This document shows, piece after piece, positions 28,016 to 35,677 of a stretch of DNA of 64,000 nucleotides. Within the stretch, counting starts at the first letter, position 1. Every line of letters starts with the position of its first letter. A program made the translations under genes and the position numbers. Below the pieces are notes generated by a model that ran no database searches, was not told the origin of the DNA, and worked only from the letters and a program-made list of their open reading frames with translations. Source of the DNA: a virus; the IMG/VR virus record IMGVR_UViG_3300017991_000090, positions 20,745 through 84,744 of that record; one strand, written 5' to 3'.

Positions 28016-30202
28016 ATGGTTACTGTACATGATGCCGTCAATCCGCCAACATTAACGAAGGTAGCTAATTACGAGCTGCCTAACAATGTGGCAGAATGGA
28101 ACGAGGAAATCCTCGACCAATTTATTGAGCAGGTCAATTACCTGCCAAAAGAATTTGGCGTTGATATTTCAGTAAAGTCAGTTGACGAAAATGAAGGATA
28201 CGCCAAAGGGAGTATAATCGTATCGTACCAGGGAAGGCAAATCAACTTTCCAATTATTGTCAAGGATTACCAGCTGAGCCCGTTCGACGTCTTCGTATAC
28301 AAAGAAAAGGGTGAGAACAAATTCGTCTCAGCAAACCTTGATAATATCAAAAAGGTTCTCTCTTCAACGAAGATTGGCAAGGTTGAAAATAAAATTAAGG
28401 GTGGTCAGTATCCGGGAATAAAGCGCCCCGGTGGAATCCTCCCTAAAGAGACCATTGACATCAATGACCTTATGAATTCATATGACTATCCTGAATTCTC
28501 CAAGATGTCAGGATGGCCTTTATACGCTGACACAGAGGCGATGGAAAAGCTCGCTATCCAGATGGAGTCAGATGCAGATGTTGGCGAATCTTTCGTTGAT
28601 AACACCGGCGACCTGATAGGGAACATCATAGAGCTTAATAAAAATAAAAAGCGTATCATTAGCGACGACCATAAAGAAGGTATCCTTGACCTTAAAAACG
28701 TCGTCAAAGCAAAACGCGCCGTGGTTGTTCTGGATTCTCAGCTGTTTGATGTGAACAGCCTCAAACCTGTTGAAGCTCCATCAGTGTGTGAGGTCAGGCT
28801 GTATCAATATCCAACCATGGAAGACTATATCGAAAGCGGTAGCACAATGGCTGGAAGGTTCCTTGCCACCATGAACGGTAAAGCCGTCCCTGGTATCGTT
28901 ATTGATTATAAAGACAGTTATGACCTGAGAAATGAACCAATAGGATGCGTACCATCCACATGCGATGACGATGCGACCAAGGATAAAAAGAAGGTTCGCA
29001 ACCGCCGCGATCAGGTCTTCATTTCGCTTGATGGCAGGTACTACTGTCGATACAATGACTATGAGAAAACCGGTATTGGTTTTTATGGCTCAAGCGTCCT
29101 CGGCCAGGATGGTGCGATGGAAAAAGCCATCGGCATCCTCCGTGATAAAACCAGCGATTGTTTTACCAACATAAATCGTGAAAATAAAAATGACGGCTCA
29201 GACAAGCTGTTTAAGCCGAATGAGGAGCGTGAAGACGGTAAGAAAGAATACCATGGCGGCGTATGCTGTGGTGGTCTGTATGGAAATCTTTTCGTGATTT
29301 ACGGCTCCAAAGATGCGTATGAATGCACATCGTTCGGCGGCAGGTTCCGCAAATACCGCGTCAACGATATCAATGTTTTTGTATCAGCAGAAGACGCAGT
29401 TGTTCCTGCTAATGTTGCCGGAATACAGCGTGTCAGCGATGTAAAAGATCCTGTCTACAAAATGGTTCTCGGAAAGGTGAGAAATATATACCTTGTCCCT
29501 GAAGGGTCTCTTATTATCAATTCAGGATTTATGCAGTCGCTGAACAATGGTGACATTATGAAGCCCGACAAACCGATATGTCAGATGTATGAAGATGCTG
29601 CGATTAATAAAGTGGCCCTGCTTATCCAGGACAACGCTTATACTATCACCGGCGAACCGTTCGAACCGTTAAAGAAAGTGGCTAAAATTAACGGCACCGG
29701 CCTTGACACAAAGCAGACAATCACAGCGCTTAATACAATGGGTGTCGAAACTGAAATAGCCAAGACAGCAATGAAGGTGGCCTTGAACCGGGCAACTGAT
29801 GACGATGTCGCTGATAAGGCTGTCACCATATGGGGAGTGTGTGACGATTACATCAATACCGGTGTGGTGAAGGAGCTTGAAAAGCAGGCCAGAGTCAAGA
29901 AAATCCTTAAACAGATGTGTGACGAAATGAGGGTAGACCTGGTTAAAGAGGCAAGCGCCCTTGATGACCCTGAAGCTGTCGACGTTGTGCTGTCGTTGAA
30001 TTTTATCAATGAGGACAGTCTGAGGGGTTATATTGACAACCTGCGTACAATGAAGGATGTCTCCAACAACCTTGCCGAGCTGCTGATAGCATCACGGATG
30101 GGCCTGAAAGATATTGATGAAAGCGCTGTGAAAAAGGCTATGGACGGCCTCAACAAGGTGATTCTTAATCTCGAAAGTGTAAAGCTGGCCGTTGAAGGTT
30201 AG
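28016..30202 (+). CDS. Large probable virion protein
   Basis: 728 aa with several K-x-A motifs (TKVA, EKLA, NKVA, EKQA, VKEA). Confidence 0.7.
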   Translation: MVTVHDAVNPPTLTKVANYELPNNVAEWNEEILDQFIEQVNYLPKEFGVDISVKSVDENEGYAKGSIIVSYQGRQINFPIIVKDYQLSPFDVFVYKEKGENKFVSANLDNIKKVLSSTKIGKVENKIKGGQYPGIKRPGGILPKETIDINDLMNSYDYPEFSKMSGWPLYADTEAMEKLAIQMESDADVGESFVDNTGDLIGNIIELNKNKKRIISDDHKEGILDLKNVVKAKRAVVVLDSQLFDVNSLKPVEAPSVCEVRLYQYPTMEDYIESGSTMAGRFLATMNGKAVPGIVIDYKDSYDLRNEPIGCVPSTCDDDATKDKKKVRNRRDQVFISLDGRYYCRYNDYEKTGIGFYGSSVLGQDGAMEKAIGILRDKTSDCFTNINRENKNDGSDKLFKPNEEREDGKKEYHGGVCCGGLYGNLFVIYGSKDAYECTSFGGRFRKYRVNDINVFVSAEDAVVPANVAGIQRVSDVKDPVYKMVLGKVRNIYLVPEGSLIINSGFMQSLNNGDIMKPDKPICQMYEDAAINKVALLIQDNAYTITGEPFEPLKKVAKINGTGLDTKQTITALNTMGVETEIAKTAMKVALNRATDDDVADKAVTIWGVCDDYINTGVVKELEKQARVKKILKQMCDEMRVDLVKEASALDDPEAVDVVLSLNFINEDSLRGYIDNLRTMKDVSNNLAELLIASRMGLKDIDESAVKKAMDGLNKVILNLESVKLAVEG

Positions 30203-30238
30203 CACGTTGCTTTATCCTTTTTAAATAATTGAGCAATT

Positions 30239-30261
30239 GGCCCGGTCTAACCGGGCCTTTT
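30239..30261 (+). terminator. Intrinsic terminator
   Basis: GGCCCGG-tctaa-CCGGGCC-TTTT. Confidence 0.75.
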
Positions 30262-30273
30262 GTATTAATAGCT

Positions 30274-30302
30274 AAAAAAAAAGCCTTCGGTCGGGAAGGC
30301 TT
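30274..30302 (-). terminator. Intrinsic terminator ending the RT operon, right after ncRNA unit 6
   Basis: Minus strand GCCTTC-ccgacc-GAAGGC followed by U9. Confidence 0.75.
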
Positions 30303-30311
30303 AAAAACTAT

Positions 30312-30562
30312 GTTGATGAAGCTGAATCTGGCTGGGGTCGGGGGCCAGACAGGGGCAACCCTGACTGGCCGCACGGTTCCCGCATGTTAGTGCGGGAGCC
30401 GTGACCAGGCATTGATCGACACAAATCCACATTTGTAAAACAGCTTCTGTTTTAGAAATTGGATTTGTTATACGCCCCGTGCGTTTTTGTGAGCCACAGG
30501 TGCCTTATATGCCCTCCGAAGCGAAACGCTTCAGTCGAGAGCTCAGCTCTCCCTCCATCAAC
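30312..30562 (-). ncRNA. Retron-like msr-msd RNA, unit 6 (RT-adjacent)
   Basis: 10-bp IR GUUGAUGGAG/CUUCAUCAAC (one G-U). G at 30552. Short stems GAGAGC-UGA-GCUCUC and GAAGCG-UUU-CGCUUC (30518-30532). Further hairpins at 30327-30349, 30350-30363, 30372-30403 and 30421-30468. Confidence 0.75.
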
Positions 30563-30567
30563 TGAGT

Positions 30568-30753
30568 TTAATCTGCCTCATTCTTGGTCTCTGTAAGATC
30601 AGGTTCCTTTTTCTTTCGTTTCGGCAGAATTTTTTTCATACTACCAACTAAATTGGCAACCGGTTCAGCTATTGCTTTTACAAAATTCGCTGTCGCATCG
30701 ACACCTTTGTTAAATTTCTCGAGCTTCTGCTCGCCTGTTGCTGTTTGGTCCAT
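30568..30753 (-). CDS. Small 61 aa protein in the RT operon
   Basis: Start moved to ATG 30753 (AGGAGAG RBS): MDQTATGEQKLEKFNKG...; amphipathic helix plus basic patch. Confidence 0.6.
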   Translation of the reverse strand: MDQTATGEQKLEKFNKGVDATANFVKAIAEPVANLVGSMKKILPKRKKKEPDLTETKNEAD

Positions 30754-30784
30754 AAACTCTCCTGTATGGAAAATGGTTATAGAA

Positions 30785-31273
30785 TTATTTACCCTTCGCC
30801 TTAAGCATCTGCTCCTTGACAATAGCATCAACAGCATTGTTATACTGATTTGATGCATGCCCTTTCACCCACTTAAAGGTAAAGGATTTAAATTCGGGGG
30901 TAATACTATCCAACCTTTTCCACAAATTCAAGTTTAATACTTTCTTACCGTTTGATTTTCTCCAGCCGTTCCTCTTCCATTCAGGAAGGTATGCAGTATA
31001 GTTCTCACTTACATACTGCGAATCTGGCCTTACTATACAATGGTGGTTTGAGGCGCCGTCATAAGAATCGTCCAGCTCTTTCTTTAATGCCTTTAACCCT
31101 TGAATAACAGCGAGCAATTCCATCTGATTATTGGTGACGTTTATTCTGTAGCCACCTCCTTTTCTTATTATTGTGTTGGCAGGGTCTAATATAATCCACC
31201 CGTACCCTCCAGGACATCCAGCATCTCTCTTGTTTCCAGAGCAACCACCGTCAGTGTAAACTGTAAATGTCAC
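30785..31273 (-). CDS. rnhA: Ribonuclease HI
   Basis: YTDGGCSGN, TNNQMEL, DSQYV, WKRNGW, N..LW, WVKGH...YNNAVD. Confidence 0.95.
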   Translation of the reverse strand: MTFTVYTDGGCSGNKRDAGCPGGYGWIILDPANTIIRKGGGYRINVTNNQMELLAVIQGLKALKKELDDSYDGASNHHCIVRPDSQYVSENYTAYLPEWKRNGWRKSNGKKVLNLNLWKRLDSITPEFKSFTFKWVKGHASNQYNNAVDAIVKEQMLKAKGK

Positions 31274-31287
31274 TAATTTCTCCGTTT

Positions 31288-32340
31288 CTAATTAAATTTT
31301 TCTCCTTCAAATTTTAGCAACTGATCCATGTATTTCTTTCCTTTACCATGGTCAATTGACATAACAAATGAGGCGTACCCTTTTAATTGTTTCAGAAGTG
31401 ATTTGGTAGTTTTATCAGCGTGTTTAACAGTGGCGTGGTGTACCTGTGCCCGGAATAGATGCATCCTTTTCCGCTGTATTGATGTTTTTACGTTAACAAC
31501 AACACCGCACACCTTAAGCCTTCCTGCTTTTGATTTCCACAATGTTTTCTTTTTATTCGGAGTAAATCCATAAGCCCACAGCTGTCTGTATGCCTGCTGT
31601 TTTATGGCTTTCTTTAACTCTTTTTTAGTCAAGGTTTTACTGCTGAACGCAAGGTCGTCAGCATACCTGGTATATTCAATGTCTCGCTCTTTGCAATATC
31701 TGAGCATGGTCTGGTCGAAACCCCTCATAACGATATTCGCTATCATTGGAGAGGTGGGAAACCCCTGTGCAGTATATCCATCAACAGTGCAAAGGTCAAT
31801 TATCCGGTTAAACATGGACTGGTAGCCAGTAGCCTCGCAATATTCTTTAATGACTACGGCTTTTATCTCTTCGCACTTAAACTCATAATTCTGGTTTTTA
31901 TTATGATAAAGCGATGGGCTGCACCTTCCATCCAGCATCCGTTCATAAAATTTGCAATATCTGCAAATATGCTTATTGCCGAACAGGCAGTTTTTCAAAT
32001 GTTCCGTTGATATGGAATCAAAGAAACTCTTAATGTCAATCTTACCAAGAGAGTTTGCTCCGACATGGAGCTTTGCATTTGTTGCAATACCTTTCTTTGC
32101 CACAAAGCCATGAGCAGCCTCACTCGGCCTGAACCGGCGAAGAAAGCGCCAGTAAATTGACTTCTGTATATATTTTAATCGTTTGTCGGGTGCAACGATT
32201 TGTCTTTTGGATCCGTCCTTTTTAGGGACTGTTATCCTATCAAGATGATTGTGTTTATTTAGAATTATGTCATCAATTTCTTCAATTTCGGCCCCAAGAA
32301 TCTTGGGCATGTCAAAATTACTGAGTGGAGCCTTTATCAT
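31288..32340 (-). CDS. Retron-type reverse transcriptase
   Basis: PKKDGSKRQI, AHGF, NAKLH (retron NAxxH region X), DIKSFFDSI, QGFPTSP, YTRYADD, VCG (variant of retron VTG region Y). Confidence 0.92.
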   Translation of the reverse strand: MIKAPLSNFDMPKILGAEIEEIDDIILNKHNHLDRITVPKKDGSKRQIVAPDKRLKYIQKSIYWRFLRRFRPSEAAHGFVAKKGIATNAKLHVGANSLGKIDIKSFFDSISTEHLKNCLFGNKHICRYCKFYERMLDGRCSPSLYHNKNQNYEFKCEEIKAVVIKEYCEATGYQSMFNRIIDLCTVDGYTAQGFPTSPMIANIVMRGFDQTMLRYCKERDIEYTRYADDLAFSSKTLTKKELKKAIKQQAYRQLWAYGFTPNKKKTLWKSKAGRLKVCGVVVNVKTSIQRKRMHLFRAQVHHATVKHADKTTKSLLKQLKGYASFVMSIDHGKGKKYMDQLLKFEGEKFN

Positions 32341-33466
32341 TAGTTTTGTCTTCCTCCTGTTCTTCTACGGCCTTTTTGCGGGCCTCGTTCATATCCTTGG
32401 CTTCTCCTGTTTTGACCATATCAGTAGCTTCGGTCTCAACCGGATCCACCTCAATATCCACTCCTACCTTTTCCATCTCAGCGTCTGCCATTTCGCCCTC
32501 CGGATTAAGTATTGTTAAAATGTCATCAATATGTTGTTCCAATTTATCTTTGGTAATAACTGAGCCACCAACATCATGGTGGCCACCGCCACTTATGGTG
32601 TAATTAAACCCTCCCAGCATTTGACCAATATGAACACCATTGGTAAAATTGCCCCATTGATTAAAACCAACATCGGTCTGTACCCTGTCGCCACCGAGGT
32701 GTACAACTCTGAATGCATATTTTACATCAGGCCTGACATAATATTCAGAATACCTGGGGTAAGCATACAGTCTGTTCATCTCAGTGATCGCAACCGGTCC
32801 ATTTATAACCATCGCCTTTTCAATGGACAAGGCTGCCTTCCGTAACTTTGCAACAGCCGACTGGTCAATACCGAGAGTTAGCAACGCCTCATTAATGTCA
32901 AAGTCTGCTGCACAAATCACTTCGACTATTCTGCAATACAGCGAATCAATCGTAATAGTCATCTGCTCAAGGTGCGCTTTTAATATCATCAAAGGCGTAA
33001 GACAGCTGAATATATATTCAACAGATTCATAGCCGGCGCTGTCAATCATATCAACCATATTAATCATATGCGGGTCAATCGGCAAATACCTTCCAAGCGG
33101 GTTGTATGTAAGGTGTTCATAAATAATTTTCGCCGCAGATTTTGCCTTTGGGTCATAACACTTGTTCGGATCAATGACCGGCTTGTCACCAAGGGTTTTA
33201 TTGTAATGGTGGTCAATCCATAAGTTGGCCATTTCATGGTGCTGGTAGTCAACAATTATACAAATGTCGTTACCATCCAAATCCGCATCTTCTATGATTT
33301 TATTAAACTTATCACCCCTCTGTGAAGACCTCACAGGTCTTAGGGTGTACATTCTACCATCGACCACGTACTTTAAAACCAAAGCCGCGCTTATAATACC
33401 ATCCACATCATCGTGGAAAAAGATGTGAAACATACCGTTGTTCATTCTTGGTATATGCCCTTTCAT
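32318..33466 (-). CDS. DHH/DHHA1 phosphoesterase (NrnA/RecJ superfamily)
   Basis: HDDVDG, IVD, WIDHH, SAA and GGGH motifs; overlaps the RT start. Confidence 0.85.
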   Translation of the reverse strand: MKGHIPRMNNGMFHIFFHDDVDGIISAALVLKYVVDGRMYTLRPVRSSQRGDKFNKIIEDADLDGNDICIIVDYQHHEMANLWIDHHYNKTLGDKPVIDPNKCYDPKAKSAAKIIYEHLTYNPLGRYLPIDPHMINMVDMIDSAGYESVEYIFSCLTPLMILKAHLEQMTITIDSLYCRIVEVICAADFDINEALLTLGIDQSAVAKLRKAALSIEKAMVINGPVAITEMNRLYAYPRYSEYYVRPDVKYAFRVVHLGGDRVQTDVGFNQWGNFTNGVHIGQMLGGFNYTISGGGHHDVGGSVITKDKLEQHIDDILTILNPEGEMADAEMEKVGVDIEVDPVETEATDMVKTGEAKDMNEARKKAVEEQEEDKTNDKGSTQ

Positions 33467-33565
33467 TAGTTAAAGAAGGGAGCCGAGAATCCCGACCCCC
33501 TAAACTCAATATTAAAAAGAAGAAGGAATAATAAGTCCTTCAACATTGTTATTACATGATAATTT

Positions 33566-33853
33566 TTAAAATAACGAGTACTTGGTATACTTGGTGTCAC
33601 TCCGCTCTCTGACATGGGCATGCAATTTCTTTTTATCTACCAGATGGCTCATGCTGACATTGGCTCTTGTCTGTCTTTTGGCGAATGGCCGGTCTTGCGG
33701 TTTAGATAGTGTGGGCCTGTTCTTGCTTAACGGCTGGAGATCATGCTTTGCACGAGCGTTATACAGTGTCTCATCATACACTGCAAGTTTGACAAAGGCA
33801 GCTGCCGTGTTCTGCAGCTGCCCGTCAAAATACTCTGAGGATATAGATAACAT
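33566..33853 (-). CDS. Hypothetical virion-associated protein
   Basis: AAFVKLA motif; coupled to the upstream gene. Confidence 0.55.
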   Translation of the reverse strand: MLSISSEYFDGQLQNTAAAFVKLAVYDETLYNARAKHDLQPLSKNRPTLSKPQDRPFAKRQTRANVSMSHLVDKKKLHAHVRERSDTKYTKYSLF

Positions 33854-34470
33854 TATAATAGTTTGCCGGTACCGTAACCAGCGGCAAGACCTCCTGCAGC
33901 AAGAGTTCCAGGGGCCTTTTTACCGAGCAGCCTGGCTGATGCCATTGCTTTTTCGCCGAAGGTTTTATATTTTTTCTTAGTAAGACCAACACCCTGGCCT
34001 TTGAAAATTTTCCCAATGTCTTTAAAAACTTTCTTGCCGCCGAACAAAGCTTTTAAGACACCAGCCTTGGCCTCTTTATCCATGCCAATAAAACTTTCTG
34101 CAACCGAAGAGTCTGAGGCGAGTTTCTGCATCTCATCTTCAAACGATGCAGTGTAAACTTCGTCGAGTTGACCAGCTGTTTTTGCTTGACCCATCTGGAA
34201 CCCCTTTCTTAAATAATGCTGTGCTATTTGTTTGTTCTCAACTTTATTTCGTGCTTGCCATGCGGTATGTAACCGCTTATTTTCCCGGATATTAGCTTCA
34301 ACAAAAGCTTTTCCAAGCTCATCAGCCATTGTTTCTGCACCGACCCGGAGTCCCTTCTTCTTACCGAGCAAGAACCCGCCAGTACCACCAGCAGTAAGGC
34401 TGGCCGCAGCAGCAGTTATAGGGCTCTTTATCACTTTGGATAAAGCGCCTTTGAAGGCAGTTTTCTCCAT
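33853..34470 (-). CDS. Probable virion (internal head/ejection) protein
   Basis: MEKTA, SFEDEMQKLA and MDKEA motifs; Gly/Ala-rich hydrophobic segments. Confidence 0.65.
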   Translation of the reverse strand: MEKTAFKGALSKVIKSPITAAAASLTAGGTGGFLLGKKKGLRVGAETMADELGKAFVEANIRENKRLHTAWQARNKVENKQIAQHYLRKGFQMGQAKTAGQLDEVYTASFEDEMQKLASDSSVAESFIGMDKEAKAGVLKALFGGKKVFKDIGKIFKGQGVGLTKKKYKTFGEKAMASARLLGKKAPGTLAAGGLAAGYGTGKLL

Positions 34471-34612
34471 ATCTATATCCTTTGAAAAAAAGTCAAAACT
34501 AATATATAATGTTATTATAGAATATAATTAACGATTCTTGCAAGTACAAAAAAATTAAACGATAAATTAGCGATATTATAAAAAATATTATATATTCCAT
34601 AATATAGACTAA

Positions 34613-35677
34613 TTGAGAGGTTTAATGGGTACAATTCCTTTTAAGAAATTTATCATAACTCTTTTATTTTGTAATAAAGAGATACCTGATATCATAAGCA
34701 AACTCAACTCTTTCAGCTATGAAGTGACGGAAGAAGAAGTAAGCGAAATCTTCTCCGAGATGAGAGACATCCTACCTGAAAATATAAGTAAGCATGTTGA
34801 AAATAGAATGCTGCTTAGCACCAGTGATGCAACCCATGTTGAGTGGTTGAGGTATTTTGATGTATTCGAAATATACGATTACATTGTAAGGTGTAATGAT
34901 AACATTGATAATAAGCCAAATTATTTTAAATGGTGTGAAGACTGTGTGTGGGCGCATACTCATAAAGATGTAATGTCCCTGATTAATATTTTCCTTTTCA
35001 ATGAAGAAGATATCGATTCCATTTCAGAAATCATAATGGTAAAGTACAGAAGGAAGATTGGTGTTGATGCGCTTCAGTTGTATCAAAAAATATTCTGGGA
35101 CACCAACAACCTGTCAGCCAAAGATGCGCATAGATATTGCAGGCCATTCAGGAACAATTCGTTAATCATCCGACAGTTCAGGTCAGGAAACTCTGAAATA
35201 GAAATGCGTGATATCCCAGCCGATTCACATGACGGCTGCGATGTTCCATTCAATTTCCATGACAGTGATTACATTAAGTGGAAGATAGGATACACTGTAA
35301 CAGCCCCTACCCCCAAAGACTTTCTGCAAAAGGTTCAGACAGACAGCGTGTTCAAATATTATGAAGCTATGAACATGGCGCAGAGTGTTGAGGTTGAGGA
35401 AAGTTCAGGTTCTAATGATATAGTCGGTGCATTTGAAAACACTAAATCAAAACGACGCAACGTAGAGGAAATGCGGGTCAGACTGGCGAAGGAGTGGATG
35501 AAGTTATACATCCGTGCCAGGGACAATATGCCTGACGGCGATAATAAGTCAGATGATTTCTTTAAGAAGATGCGTGAGCTTGAGCTTGGTTTTGACCAGT
35601 GTAATGAGCAGATTGCCAAAATCGATGATATGCCAGATGTGCAGGATGATATCAAGGGTGATATTCCAAATCTATGA
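34613..35677 (+). CDS. Hypothetical protein, possible terminase small subunit
   Basis: Directly upstream of and overlapping the terminase large subunit; function inferred from position only. Confidence 0.5.
   Translation: MRGLMGTIPFKKFIITLLFCNKEIPDIISKLNSFSYEVTEEEVSEIFSEMRDILPENISKHVENRMLLSTSDATHVEWLRYFDVFEIYDYIVRCNDNIDNKPNYFKWCEDCVWAHTHKDVMSLINIFLFNEEDIDSISEIIMVKYRRKIGVDALQLYQKIFWDTNNLSAKDAHRYCRPFRNNSLIIRQFRSGNSEIEMRDIPADSHDGCDVPFNFHDSDYIKWKIGYTVTAPTPKDFLQKVQTDSVFKYYEAMNMAQSVEVEESSGSNDIVGAFENTKSKRRNVEEMRVRLAKEWMKLYIRARDNMPDGDNKSDDFFKKMRELELGFDQCNEQIAKIDDMPDVQDDIKGDIPNL

Noticed and set aside
30165-30374. 69 aa minus-strand ORF
   Set aside because: It crosses two terminators and ncRNA unit 6 and has no RBS.
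31288-32340. DGR or group II intron reverse transcriptase
   Set aside because: It has retron NAxxH and VTG-like motifs. I saw no maturase or endonuclease domain, no intron domain V, and no avd gene or TR/VR pair differing at adenines.
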